Made by a program: the position numbers and the translations under genes. This document shows positions 38,983-53,155 of a stretch of 64,000 nucleotides of DNA, one piece after another. Source of the stretch: Octopus sinensis. Taxonomy: Eukaryota. The notes beneath the pieces are model-generated. The model ran no database searches and was not told the origin of the DNA. It saw only the letters and a list, made by a program, of their open reading frames with translations. The DNA is taken from contig NC_042999.1 of NCBI RefSeq assembly GCF_006345805.1, forward strand, positions 115,692,001 through 115,756,000, in the 5' to 3' direction. The first letter of the stretch is position 1. Every line of letters begins with the position of its first letter.

Positions 38983-40192
38983 TTAGGTTGTTTCACATGA
39001 AAAGTCGTACTTGAAAGGTAACAATAAAATGTTTCAGAAGTGTTAGAGAAATGATTTATTTAATCAAAGTATGATCGATGTTCATTTACGACGTTTACCC
39101 AACGTTTCTCTATATCATATATTCCATCTTTAAAAAAAAAATCATCTTTTGCCGTGATAAACTGTCCGAATGCTTCAATACCTCTTCTCTATTTAAGAAT
39201 GTCTTATTGCTTATAAAAAGCTTAAAATGCTTAAATAAGTGATGATCAATAGGGGAAATATCTGGGGAATAGGGAGCCTCTTGCAAAATCTCATAATTCA
39301 GGCTTTACAACTTTTGAACCATAGCTTGAGAAGTGTGAGGACGTGCATTGTCGTGGAGCAAAAATGGGCCATCTCTTTTCACTAGTCTGGGTTGCTTCCT
39401 TTTCAAATTCTCATGTATTCAATCAATTTCCTGGCAATACGATATTACTGTTACCGTTTTTTCTTGTTGCACAAATGAATAATGAATAACTCTCTTCGCA
39501 GACCACCATACAGTGGCCACTAACTTTTTAGGGTGCGATGGTTGGTTGGGTAGTGTTTAGGTGACTCTTCTGCATCTAATCACTGTCCTGTTATTCTGCT
39601 GTTGTCAAAGAGTATTAATTTCTCATCACAAGTAATGATTTGATACAAAAATTGTCTTTTTCCAGCCGAGAAAGCAATAAGGCGTCTGTTTTTTTAAATC
39701 TCGTTCAGTTGATGTGGAACAAACCTACCCGTTTTCTTGACTTTTCCAATTTTTTACAGGTGTCCAAAAACAGTTGTACAAGATGTTTGGGGCTCTGATA
39801 AAAGTTTACGAACCTTTGTTCTCGGATTTTGTTCAACCAAAGCATTTAACCTATCATGTTGAATAACTAATTTTGGCCTACCCCTTGGTTTACTTTCTCC
39901 TGAATGAGAGCTTTAGAACCATCTCTGAATAGTCAATAAAACAATTATCAAAGGCCCGCTTGATATTCCATTGAGGTTTTGCGGCAGAATGACCCAGTTT
40001 GTACTCATACGAGAAAATTACTCAACAAAGTTTGGCTGTTATCGTTTTCATAAAGACTGTGGGTACGAATTTTGTATAACAATATTGTTGGGGAGAAAAA
40101 AAGAGTCAAGATTAAATGCAAGGTATACATAATTGAGTTTTTAAATGACTGAAATAACAAGTAATTAAAAATGCGACATTTCATGTGAAACA

Positions 40193-40198
<6 letters not shown>
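38983..40198 (-). mobile_element. Near full-length decayed mariner (DD34D) transposon
   Basis: TIRs ttaggttgtttcacatgaaa / tttcatgtgaaacaacctta with TA flanks; minus-strand FVPHQL, ITCDEK, HDNARPH, YSPDISPIDHHLF. Confidence 0.9.
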
Positions 40199-40279
<81 letters not shown>

Positions 40280-40327
40280 TATATATATATGTGTGTGTGT
40301 GTATATATATAATATATATATATAATA

Positions 40328-40367
<40 letters not shown>

Positions 40368-40942
40368 GTGTGTGTATATATATGTGTGTGTGTGTGTGTG
40401 TATGCGTGTGTGTGTGTGTGTATTTATACCTACGTATGGGTATGCGTATACATATATATGTACGTATCTCTGCTGTTTGAAAACACCGAGTGTATAAGTA
40501 TGTGTTGCCTCTCTGTGTGTATTTGTATGTGTGTGTGTAGGAAGGCCAGTCAGCACTCAACCTTAACCCTTGTACGTTTTAGGGTGTGGATGCCATAAAT
40601 TTCCTTCAACCCAGACAAACACAATTAGCAATGCGAACTTTCTGTCTAGCCTCTCATATTCCTAACTATTCTTTTTTACTTTTGCAACTTGCGTCCTTTT
40701 ATACGCCCCGCCTTTGCTTTATCTCGTCCCTCTTAATCCTTTAAATTTATTTGTTTTTCCTTCAGGATTCGGGTCACTCTATCTCGAAGACCCACTCTTA
40801 GTCGAACCGGCTTGACTTCACAGCCACCTATCTATACTGAGTTATGTTTCCTTAATCATGTTTTTATATACTTTTAATTACTTGTGTTACCCTTTCTTTT
40901 TTCGTTTTTTCTTTCTCCCTTTCTTTCATTGTTTGAACTAAG

Positions 40943-41052
<110 letters not shown>

Positions 41053-41070
41053 GTGTGTGTGTGTGGTGTG

Positions 41071-41105
<35 letters not shown>

Positions 41106-41502
41106 GGGAGAAAATAGATTCCACACGTTGAATTTCAACATATCTGACGGTTTGGTTGATGATCGATTTAATATGTAATAATTATTAATCATGGATTACC
41201 AACTAATAATACGATCGTAACGAATTATTTACAATACCAACTATTTGTATTCTGCTTATTCTTTTAAACTCTGTCTCCCTCACTCTCCCTCTGTCATATA
41301 TGTATCCATGTATGTATCTGTGTATGTGTTTATGTATGTATATGCGCATGTGTACGTGTGTGTGTATGTTAGTGTGTATGTATGTGTGGTGTAAGAATCC
41401 ATGAGTATTGACAGAAGAAATACTGTTAAGCATTTTGTCCGATTAACAAACGATTCTGCCAGATCGCCGCTTCAGTTACATTATTAATATTAATCGTTGA
41501 CA

Positions 41503-41890
41503 AATCGGGCAAAATGCTTAGCGGCATTTCATCCGTCTTTACTTTCTGAGTTTAAATTCCGCTGAAGTGGACTTTGACTTTCTTCCTTTCGAGAGTCGAT
41601 AAAATAAGTACCAGTCAAGCACTGTAATTGATTAGCCCTAGAAACTGTTGTCCTTGTGTCAAAATTTGAAACCAATATTAATTCAAAGAATAAGGCAACA
41701 GCTGGCAGAATCGTTACCACGCCGGTGGCATGTCCACTTTTATATTCTGAGTTCAAATTCCGCCAAAGATGTCTTTGCCTTTCATTCTTTCTGGGTCGAT
41801 AAAATAAGTACCAATCAAGCACTGGGTTTGAAGTAATCGACTTATCACCTCTGGAATTGCTGATCTTGTGCTAACTTTTGAAATCTATAT
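41503..41890 (+). mobile_element. Two tandem family B SINEs
   Basis: gagtt.aaattccgc and gtcgataaaataagtacca occur twice; an inverted head fragment lies at ~41435-41470. Confidence 0.8.
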
Positions 41891-42647
41891 TAATTCAATG
41901 AATGTTACTAATAATATATGGGTAAAGTTTTAAAATATGTGTTTTTAAAAAAGACGCTTTGTTCTTATATTTTTCTTTATTATTCCAGTTATTGTATATT
42001 TCATTATTTCTACTATAGAAATCACTTGAAATCTGTGAAGTAAAGTGGGGCTCCACACTCCTAAATACATATGAGCCAACATCGCAATCTTAATGCCGCG
42101 ATTAGAGAGCCCATTGTCCACATTCTAATCTGAAACCACCACCGTCGCCGCCGCCGCCGCCGCCACCACCACCACCACCAACCATACTACCATCCTCATC
42201 CCTTCCATCACTCACAACAACAACGTCTAAACTTAAGTAATACTTTGTTCTATGCAAGATGGTGGACAGCTTATTGCTTCAATGTAGACCAATTTAAAGA
42301 CAATTGTATTTTGTGATTTTAAATTTCTCGAGGGTCGTCCACAGATGTCGTCGTTCTCTTGGGAATATTTTTTTCTTTTATAGCATTGTCATGAAATAGG
42401 CAGCTGTCTTGTATCTTGTAAGTCTCAGTCGTGTATTTCAATCTATATTCTATGCCATCAGATATCACTATTTTTCTGAAAGCTCATCAATATCGTTATG
42501 TATCTCCAGATGGATTAATTATGTACTACCTTGATATTCTGTGAATGTTCTATTACGTAGCATTTTTTGGTATTTTTATTGACAGCATCAACCAAATATT
42601 TCTGTTGTTTGATGAATCTTCTGTACAGCAACTATATTTTTGGCATG

Positions 42648-42995
<348 letters not shown>

Positions 42996-42999
42996 AAGT

Positions 43000-44155
43000 A
43001 GTTAACGTCTGTCTCTTGAACATGCGCACTGGTTAGATACATTTCAACGTAGTTCGATTCGAATTTGCGACGACACTGGTTGTATTCTGTGTGCTTTGGA
43101 TCACCCTGAAAATGAAGAATCTTGACGAAAATTATCGACGCCACATGCTATTTTTTTATTCTTAAAAAGGCAAGAAAGCAGCGGAAACCTGCAGGAAGAT
43201 ATGTGGTGTGTATGGTGAGGATGTTGTTACGAATGTGTGTGCCAGAAGTGTGTTTGAGATTTCACTTGGGAAATTTATCGCACTACAACCTGGCCGGCTG
43301 ACTGATATTAACAGCAACACCAGCCCCGTTATACAACCAAAATGAACGTAGATATTCCCCAAATGTCCAAATCTAGTGTTGAAAACCAACTCGTTTATGT
43401 CAGCAGGTTCGATGCTTGGGTCCCTCAATTATGAAGCTAACCCTGCTTAACGGATTTCTATCTGCGATTTGTTGCAGAAACGCCAAGAAAACAGTCCTTT
43501 TTTATTTTGACGAGAGTGGTGACAGAAGACGAAATATAGATCGTCTATAGCAATGTGAAGGGTAAACAATGATGGAAGAAGCGCAACAAGCTACCACAAA
43601 TATTCTCCAAAGCAGGACTTCACCCGAAGAAAACTATGCTTTCAATTTGATGGGTTTGGAAAGGTGTTGTACTATACGAACTTTTTCCCACGGACAGGAC
43701 CATCAATTCGGATATGTAATATGTACTCTGGCCAGCTGGACAAATTAAACGCAGCGATCCACCAGGAACGTGCAGTACTTATTAATCTTTCGTCCCGACA
43801 GCGTCAGATTGCACACTTCTTTGCAGAAGCGGCAAAAGTTGTTGAGACTTGTCCGGGAAGTTTTGCTGTGTCCTCCATATTTACCTCACCTTGCGGCTTC
43901 AGATTTCCACCTGTTTCAGTCTCTTCAAATTTCATTGAAAAGACAGACTTTCGCATTTGACGGGAATGTAAAAATTCATCTGGAAAAGTTTATCGCCCGT
44001 AAAGACAGGAAATTGTTTGAGTAGGAGACAAAGGATCTATCTACAAGATCACAGAAGACACTGGAATGAAACAAAAATTATCTCAATGTTTGAATAAATC
44101 GCAATGTTTGAATATTTTTGCTTAAAAATGAATGGAATTTTTGGTCACACAATAT
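43000..44155 (+). mobile_element. Decayed mariner transposon
   Basis: KGKKAAETCRKICGVYG, AWVP, VTEDE, GLHPKKTML, PPYLPHLAASDFHLFQSLQ; many stops. Confidence 0.85.
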
Positions 44156-44399
44156 ACATATGTGATGGCGTGCGTGACTTTTTGTGAGTGTATGTATATG
44201 CGCGCGCGCGTGACGGACTCAAAGATCTTCGACAGGGCAACACATTATTGCAATAAGCTGTTTTGCTAATAAATATTTGGAGGATCCCCCAAAACACCAT
44301 CAAACAAAGAAAGTTTGAAACAAAAAAAAACCATCTGATTTGATCCTCTATTCAACTGAAAGGAAAAGGTGACTCCTGAACATTGTTGTCCCGAGTCTT

Positions 44400-44612
44400 A
44401 GAATTGATAAGGTTGGTTATCTGGTTTCCTGGTGTAAAATTCACCGAGGACACGGCGTTTTCCCTGAACGGGATGCCAGCCTTTTGTCGGGTTACTCAGT
44501 TATAGCTGTGTGAACTTGAGTAACATGAAATGAAGTGAATTGCTCAAGAAGATATCGCACCGAGTAGTTCGGGAACCGACACCGCGATCTTGCAATCACC
44601 AGGTCACGCCCG
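44400..44612 (-). mobile_element. Degenerate tRNA SINE (family A-like)
   Basis: Reverse complement contains ttcttgagcaattcacttcatttcatgttactcaagttcac. Confidence 0.55.
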
Positions 44613-44919
44613 TTCACATGTTTAATCTAGGTTTCTTCACTAATATAGCACGGAACTTTCTGACATGAACTGAAAATAGCCTATAAAAGATACAAACAGG
44701 ATGCTAGAACAAGAGCAATCACGGGGGAAAACGAGAAGAGGGTGTATGCAAGAAGAGCCAGGGTGGAAATAAAACGGAAGAAGAAAATAAATTAGAAACA
44801 ATTAGAGTTATATCCCCTTAGACCGTAAAACCATAATATATTTAGCTGTAGAATGAATCAACGGAGAGGGTTCCAACGATTGTGATGCAGCTGCTCAATT
44901 CGAAGAAGGTGGTGTCCTG

Positions 44920-45090
44920 AAGAGATTTGTCCATGTGCTTGCATTTACAGAAAATTTCTGATCTGAATCTCAGTAGTGCGGAGAAATTCTTAGAACTAAA
45001 GAAGATATGCGACGTTTCAGCTACGCATAAGTTGCATTTCTTACATCCATTAACATATGGCATAGATTTTTCTACGATTTCCACTTGACT
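44920..45090 (-). pseudogene. Penelope GIY-YIG C-terminal fragment
   Basis: ORF 44842-45150: EIVEKSMPYVNGCKKCNLCVAE..LRFRSEIFCKCKHMDK. Confidence 0.75.
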
Positions 45091-45130
45091 GTATGTGGCG
45101 TAGAATTGGTCTTCAGTTGAGAGCGCCATC

Positions 45131-45246
45131 ATCATCAGGCAAGATTTCAAGCAGGTGAGATTTCTTACATCGATCTAGAAAACTCCAACATCTGACGTCA
45201 AGATCGATGTAAGAAATCTCATCTGTTTGAAATATTGCCTGATGAT
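45131..45246. repeat. Hairpin with 46-bp arms
   Basis: 45131-45176 is the reverse complement of 45201-45246 with few mismatches; each arm carries a CTGATGA at its outer end. Confidence 0.85.
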
Positions 45247-45335
45247 TGTGTATATTCTGTTATGAGGTAATCTATGAATACATTGTTAGAATTATACCGA
45301 AACAACAATCGTAAATTTTAAACGACATTTGTGTT

Positions 45336-45383
<48 letters not shown>

Positions 45384-45825
45384 ATGTATACACCCACCCT
45401 CTTTTTCGTCTTAAACTGAGCGTCAATCTGATAATTCACTCTGTACGTCTATTGATTTTTATTGTTTTTGTTTTTATGTTTGTTTTACTTTTGAGTTGCC
45501 AATGTATATACGTACAGATGCATACACACACACTCAAACACGCACTCACACACACACACACACACGCGCGCGCGCACGCGCACATATCCCTGGTTGGTTG
45601 CAAACTGCAGCATGTTTTAATCTATTGACCTCGTCAAGTTAGAGACTAAATAGTTATGTGGTGAGTCTGTGAAAGATTTGGGAGAAAATACTAAATGCAA
45701 AGAGCGATGGAAGTTAGGGCCACGAGTTTCATTAATATGGTATTTTCTATCCGTATGTTTCAATTAAAAATGATTGTATTTGAAAGAATTATATTTGTAG
45801 AAATGGGAACGTACTGATAAAAGAA

Positions 45826-46026
<201 letters not shown>

Positions 46027-46417
46027 TTGAGAAAGACGAATAGGACGAAAGCAAAACGTATCCGAGACAGAAAGCAGAAGATCATTACTTTAGGCAAGGG
46101 ATTTAGCCATAAATTTTGTTTGAAAAAGTATGTAGGTGGATCTATAATGAGATAAAAAGGTAAGCAAGAAAAGAGAAAGAATGTGGGTGTCCGAATAGTA
46201 TAAAATTGTGAATATGAAATAGAAAAGTGAATAGAATGAAGAGATCTGATTAGTCGTAATGCATGAAAGTGCCATCTAGACATTAGGAACTCATTGTTGC
46301 AATAAGTATATTAAGGAATGGCTGTTGATTAGGTAGATGCATAGCAGAGCAATAGCGAGTTTATTATTAGAAAATATTTGCAATAAGTTATAAGAGAGTA
46401 CAACTATCATGTTCTCG

Positions 46418-46752
46418 AGGTGTGGTTGTGTGGTAAGAATCTTGCTTCCCAATGACATGGTTCCCGGGTTCAGTCTCACTGTGTGACACCTTCTACTATA
46501 GCTTCGCGCCGACTAAAGCCTTGTGAGTTGATTTGGTAGACGGAAACTGTGTGTGTCTGTGTTTGTCTCCCCACTACCGCTTGACAACCGGTGTTGGTAT
46601 GTTTATGTCCCTGTAACTTAGTAGTTCGGCAAGAGATATCGATAGAATAAATGCCTGGCTTTAAAAAGTACTGGAGTTATTCATTTGATTAAAAATTTTC
46701 CAAGGCGGTGCTCCAGCATGGCTGCAGTCTAATAACTGAAACAAGTTAAAGA
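46418..46752 (+). mobile_element. tRNA-derived SINE (family C)
   Basis: gtggttgtgtggtaag..gggttcagtc..ggtagacggaaactg..actgaaacaag; matches 54820-55275. Confidence 0.85.
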
Positions 46753-47659
46753 CAAAATATACAATAATTTTGACTAAATATTGACAATATTTAACTAAAT
46801 AATTTGCTTTGAGAGAGAGAGAGAGAGAGAAAGAAAAAAGAGAGCTAGTGAATATATATACAGAGAGAGAGAGAGACGGGGAAGAAAAAGAGAGAGAGAG
46901 AGTAAGAAAGAAAGAAAGAAAAAAAGAAAGAAGAGGTTAGGGATACGGTATGTTTAATTCTGTACTTTTTCTTTCAAACAAATTTCATTTGAAAAATATA
47001 AGTGGAAATGTAGGATAGAAAACTGGCGAGAAAGAAGGAGCGAAATATTTTATTGTTGCTATGCTATGTGCTTATAAAGTTAACAACCTTTTCCTAATAT
47101 ACTTAAGAGTTTCTAATATATCATAAATTTCTGATGTTTACACATTTCCAAAGCCTGAACATATTTCGTATTATGCATTTGTTTTTCACTCATACGACTA
47201 ATTTTTCCTCTTCGTTTCACTCAGATATTTTCTTTTATTCACTTTCTTCACTACATTTTATTCCCAGCTATATACTACTCATACTCCGTTTTCTTCCTTC
47301 TCTCCATCTTCCCAACGCAGTATGCATTTCTTCAAATAAAATCCGTTAGGAAAATCTATATAGCTAAAATCCTTGCCTAGAGTAACACTCTTTTCTTCTC
47401 ACTACGTTTTCCCTTCGTCTCTCTCTACTTCCTATTGTTTGCGCTGTTTTCATTGCATTCTTTCTGTCTCTCCTTATTCTTTCTTCCTTCTTTTATTACT
47501 ACCTCTCCTTTCTCTATATGAATATGCACATACATGAATACACACACACACACACAAAAACATGCACACACACATACACACATACACACACACACACACA
47601 CACATACAAACACATGCACACATGCACACAAACAGATGTATGGATGTATGTATTTCATT

Positions 47660-49570
47660 ATTCATTTTTATTTCAAGATTTCTTGCTAATAGTGAAAGAG
47701 CCGGTTTCTAACCTAAATCCGAGGCTCTTTCACTGGAATTTCAACAATACGAATAGGTTATTTTTTTTATTTATGTATGTATATGTGCAGATTTGTGCGT
47801 TTTCTTTATGTATGTACTTTCATGCATATAGCTGTATCTCTAAACATGCTCATATATACTTAAATGATAAACTTCTGGAAAGTTTTACAGATTGTTACAG
47901 TTCCTGTGATGGTTTGGATCTTAGTCTTCGAATCAGCTTTCTCATTTCTGATTTTGAGGAGCCTAATTTCTCAAGATAGGTATTTAGGCAATGTGTTACA
48001 TACCCCAGTGCCCCAATAATTACTGGTATAAACCTGAACTTGTAATCTGAATAGAGTAGCTGTAGATTCCTCAATAGTTAAGAGTAGGTATTTTCTTTTT
48101 CACTGATATTTAGCTTTATGTTAACATCCACTGGGCAGCTGATTTCCACACATGTACACAGTTTCTTTTCTCTATCCCAAATTACTACGTCAGGTATTTT
48201 TGTGCTTACATTTTATTGAGGTTTTCACTGGGACATTCCACCAGTACTCCTTTTTGTTATGACTGCTATGGCTTCCACTATTCTATAGGTTCTTATTTCT
48301 CTGGCCTCGGGGTTATCCCCCCGACGGATCTCATTATACAGTGTCCTAGCTACAACATCATGTCTCAACAGTAGGTAATATCGTCATGATATTTACAGAC
48401 ATCTGTTATCAGCCTCATGAATGATAACAGTTGTCAATTGATGCTATTCGACACTTGGTTAAGAGATGTTTCTGAAGGGATATGACACGGCATTCAAAGG
48501 CAGTCTGGATTGATGTTAAGCCTCTTCCTCCTTGTTTTCGTTTTAGGTAGAGGCGGTCTACGTCACTGCTGATGTGGAAATTATGTGTACTGTTTAGCAT
48601 CTTCAGGGTTTTCATATCAATGGCTCGGATCTCATCAAACGTCCAATTAAGTAGCCTAAATGTTGGCATGAATATAGGCATTGCAAGCACATTGTGGGAC
48701 ACAATCTTATTGAATGCAGAGAGTTTCGAGGTCCATATTTTCTTTACTCGGCTGTAATATTCTTTAGTGACACTCGTGTTCTTATGTCTTCATCCACTCC
48801 AAGGTACCTGTAATATTTCTCGTCAGATACAGGCAAAACAGTTAAGTCATTGATGGAGATGTCTGTTTTACAGTTTTTCCTCTTTTCACAAAGATATAGC
48901 GACATTTATCCTGACCAAATTCCTACCCTATATCCTTTCAGAATGTTGTAACCCGGTTAAGGTTCATTTTTTTTTTCTCACGCATATTCTTTGCATACAG
49001 TTTCAACTCACCCACAAAAGAATAGTGTATATTTGGTATTTCTGTTTCATTGTGAACCAATGAGATATCCTTCAGACTTCCTTAACATGAATGATAATGA
49101 GTTTACAGAAAGTATAAACAACAACACAGAAAGGCTGTCCCCTTAGAACACATGACCTAAATACCTATCTTGAGAAATTAGGCTTCTCAAAATCAGAAAG
49201 GAGAAAGCTGATTCGAAGACTTAGAAAGGCTGTGATACTGTATTCTATCAGTGATAATACAATCACTCCTTGTATTTAAGTTCAAGATGATGACCCACGA
49301 TGAAATCAGGTCAGCTATGGCTTTGAATAAGCTCACTGGAACTTTAGCGAGTCGAAGGGCTTCTAGCATCCATGAGTGGAGGACTGTGTCAAAGGATTTC
49401 TTGTAGCCCAGCTACATTGAAATGAGGTTCCTCCTATGGTCCCGCACCTCTGACATTATAGTTTTGTTCATTAGCAGTTGCTCGGCACATCCCCAGACTC
49501 CAAGTTGATTCTTTTTCACATTCGTTTGATGGGACAAGTAGAGTGAAACATGCTGCAGTTTGTCAACAAT
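47660..49570 (-). pseudogene. R4-clade LINE (family 2): RT through RLE, decayed
   Basis: Minus strand: QLLMNK..YKKSFDTVLHSW, GDSLS, GQDKC, YLG, ORF 48415-48702 (DRLYLKRKQGGRGL), RHDVVA, EISCP; 3' end runs into TACA repeats. Confidence 0.88.
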
Positions 49571-49599
49571 CATTAAAATAAATAAATAAATATTAATTT

Positions 49600-49698
49600 A
49601 CAATTTTGGCACATGGCCAGCAAGTTAGGGGAAGCGGGTAAGTCGATTACATCCAGTGTTCAACTGGCACTTATTTGATCGACCCTGAAAGGATGACA
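49600..49698 (-). mobile_element. Family B SINE fragment
   Basis: Reverse complement: tcatcctttcagggtcgatcaaataagtgccag..gtaatcgactt. Confidence 0.75.
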
Positions 49699-49820
49699 TG
49701 TAAATAGTTAATGAACAAATAATCTCGGCGATATTATGTCGTGAGCTCCTTATTTGACAGTGGCTAATTGTGATATTATAGCTCTTCGAAAGCAAACACA
49801 CACACATACGTGCGCGCACG

Positions 49821-49877
<57 letters not shown>

Positions 49878-50286
49878 GTATTTACATGTGAATATTTGGA
49901 CATATACGAGTAAGTGAGGAAATATTTATAGAGGAGCAATGCATAGACTGTTTTAGATAAACCTCGCATTTATTGGGAAAAGGGCATGGTTAGATGAAAT
50001 CGGTATATTTAATTTTAATTCCTACACAGCAGGTATTTACATGAAAACATTTGTGAGCAGGCCTAGAAAGAAAAGAAGGGCCAAACTCATTAAGATGAGT
50101 CTTATTCGAGGATTTACTTAGAAGTACATCCAGTAAATTCTGAGTAGTCATTGTAATAGTGGCAAGAGAAGACACAAGACAGGCTCAGCTTGTTAGAAAA
50201 GGAGGTGGAACTGGTGGTTTTAAATTATTGGTTAATGAATATCTGTTGGATGGCTTTAGTTTCGGTACCGTCCACGTTGTGAGTGG

Positions 50287-50530
50287 ATGCGCGTGGCTTA
50301 GTGGTTAGGGTATTGAACTCATGATCGTAAGATTGTGGTTTCGATTCCTGGAACGAGTGACGCGTTGTGCTCTTGAGCAAAGCACCTCACTTCACGTTAC
50401 TCCAGTCTACTCAGCTGGCAAAAGGGAATAACCCTGTGACGAAACAACTTCCCGTCCAGGTGGGAAATATATACGCCACGGAAACTGGGAAACTGGCTCT
50501 GTAAGTCTATGTGAATCGGGAGGATCTTTA
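50287..50530 (+). mobile_element. tRNA-derived SINE (family A head)
   Basis: gcgcgtggcttagtggttaggg..ttcgattcc..ttgtgctcttgagcaaagcac..ctcagctggcaaaa. Confidence 0.85.
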
Positions 50531-50549
50531 TCTCCCACATTGTATGTGC

Positions 50550-50597
<48 letters not shown>

Positions 50598-50611
50598 TCA
50601 TTACCGTTTAA

Positions 50612-50810
50612 CCCTATCGTTATCATATTTATGAATTAATTTTGAAAAGAATGACGTATTTAGTTAAAATTGCTTTATTTCCTTTAAGCCAGTGTTTAGA
50701 ACAAAACATCTGCATGGAAATTTGATGGGTGCTCTATTTCAGATCACTTCAAAACGGGAAGTTTGTATTCTAGAACCGAAGTGATCTCAAGCGGTTTTGT
50801 ATTAAAAGGG
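50612..50810. mobile_element. Possible piggyBac-type MITE
   Basis: TTAA|CCCT ... AGGG|TTAA ends, with only imperfect inverted similarity beyond. Confidence 0.5.
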
Positions 50811-51393
50811 TTAAGTTAGATTTAATACACTCGAACAGAACATATTTGTATTCTGGCGAGATTTAAGAACCACTCAAAATGAAAGTAATTTCTATAATTT
50901 TCACTCTTTTACTGGTTACTCATCTTCAATAGTTTTGTGGAGTACACCATTCTAGTACATTGGTACATATTTTATTGATCACATAAGTAACTAAAGGTAC
51001 ATTAACTTTGACATAAAGAATCATTATCCCCCCAGCCCCCAAAAAACTAAATACAAAATATTTCACTTCGCCACACAAATTTTGCTCTACCCCACCGCCC
51101 CAACAATGCACATCCTCGCACACACTTACACACACACAAACATGCAAGCGCACACTCATCAGTGCACGCTTCGGACCAAGGTTAAAACACACTCGTCTAA
51201 GACGTTGCGCTCCAATATCGGACTCAGATGCCCCCTGATTAACTTCGCAACCATACAGTCATTCTTGTGCAAATGTAATTGGAAAGAAATTTTCGCTGTG
51301 TTAAAAACATCTGACTGTCAAGAAAATTCATCCGATAATTTTAAACAATGTAAAATGTTAAGCTCACAAGTTATTCTCAACGGAAATGATATA

Positions 51394-52681
51394 CGAGGGG
51401 CGTTCAATAAGTAACACCCCTGACCCACTTCCCATAGCAGTAGAGCAACGAAACTTGGCACAGTTATTAGTCTTTTTCTACATAGGAACCACCCAGAGTT
51501 ACGCATTTCTCCCATCGTTTGATGCGGCTCTGGAGACCGTTTTTGTAGAAGAACCCAACTTGGTCCTCCAACCTCAACGTGACTGCAGAAATCAAGGCTG
51601 CATCATCTGGGAAACGCTTTCCTTTCAAAAAAAACTTCATGATTGGGAAGAGGTGAAAATCAGAGGGTACAAGGTCAGGAAAGTAGGGGGATGGGGAGGA
51701 GTTCATAGCCATACGCCTGTGCTTCTGATCTGGCGACAAGCGAGTTGTGGACCGGAGCGTTGTCCTGCAGGAGGAGGATGCCTTTGCTGATCTTGCCCTG
51801 CCTCTTGATTTTGATAACTTCTCTTAATTTCTTCAAAAGTGAAGCATAATAGGCTCCTGCAATTGTGGTACCCTTTGCCAGGAAATCTGTCATCACTACT
51901 CCGTCCTGGTCCCAGAAGACTGTGAGCATGACCTTGCCAGCGGAGGGCTGCACCCTTGCCTTCTTTGGAGGGGGTGAGTCACGGTGCTTCCACTGCATTG
52001 ACTGGGCTTTGGTCTCTGGATCATCGTGATGGACCCAGGTTTCATCCTGTGTAATCAGTCTTTTGAAAAATGTTGACTCATCTTCTTGGCACATCTCCAA
52101 ATTCATCCTCGAGCACTCGACGCGTTCTTGCTTCTGGAAAGGCGTGAGCAACCTGGGAATCCATCTGGCAGACACCTTTTGCATATGCAAATGGTCATGA
52201 ATGATAGTTTCCACAGACCCGGTACTAATCTTGACCTCATGGGCTATTTGGCGAATAGTTATGCGTCGATCTTCCAAAATGGCAGCCTCAACTTGACGGA
52301 CAGATGCCTCATCAATGGCAGAAGGGGGCGACCAGATCTGGGAGCTGTTTCCACAGAGTTCCGACCATGTTTGAATTCACGATGCCAGCGTTTTACAAGG
52401 TCATATGATGGGGCATCATCACCATAAGTTACTTTCATTTCATCAAAAGTCTCCCGTGGTGTGCGTCCTTTCAAATACAAAAACCGGATCACTGCTTGAC
52501 ACTCAACAGGCTCCATTTCACACTTGACTCGGTTCAAACACCTGTAAATCAGAAACCACAATTAATTCAGAGCTGTAATTTGCCACTTACTCTATAGAGA
52601 TATAAATGATTGCACATGCAATTTCAGCTAGATCAAACAACTGCAAGTGGGTCAGAGGCATTACTTATTGAACGTCCCTCG
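51394..52681 (-). mobile_element. Full-length mariner transposon (1288 bp)
   Basis: TIRs cgaggggcgttcaataagtaa / ttacttattgaacgtccctcg with TA on both sides. Confidence 0.95.
51467..52516 (-). pseudogene. Mariner DD34D transposase split by two frameshifts
   Basis: ORFs 52259-52561 (HTH, RSGRP), 51675-52277 (WIPRLL, ITQDETWV, QDNAPVH) and 51467-51739 (PYFPDLVPSDFHLF). Confidence 0.93.
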
Positions 52682-52847
52682 TATTTTTTTTCATATACAG
52701 AGTCAACAATTTGTTATTGAACTGAATGAGGTTGTTAACTTTCCATTTCAGGTGGGGGTTTTTTTCTGATTCCTGTTCATGGAAATAAACAAAGAGGTTA
52801 ATATGTTGTAGTTGTATTTGTTGTTGTTGTTTTTGCTGTTGTTTTGG

Positions 52848-53140
52848 TGGTACTCCGTCAGTTACGATGACGGGGGTTCCGTTTAATCCGATCAACGGAA
52901 CAGCCCGTTCGTGAAATTAACATGCAACCGGCTGAGCACTTCACAGACACTCTTCTCCTTAATATAGTTCTCAGGGTGATTCAGCGTGACACAGAATGTG
53001 ACTAGGCTGGCCCTTTGAATAACATGTACTGCTCATTTTTGCCAGCTGAGTGGACTGGAACAATGTGAAATAGTGTGTTGTTCAAGGACACAATGCATCA
53101 CCGGTTTTCGAACTCACCTTAACCACTAAGCCATGCGCGT
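52848..53140 (-). mobile_element. tRNA-derived SINE (family A)
   Basis: Reverse complement of the 23571-23889 type. Confidence 0.88.
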
Positions 53141-53155
53141 TTACAGCCCTGAACA

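Noticed and set aside
41155-41230. TTGATGATCG..CGATCGTAAC hammerhead-like relic
   Set aside because: Both core boxes are altered; too decayed to call.
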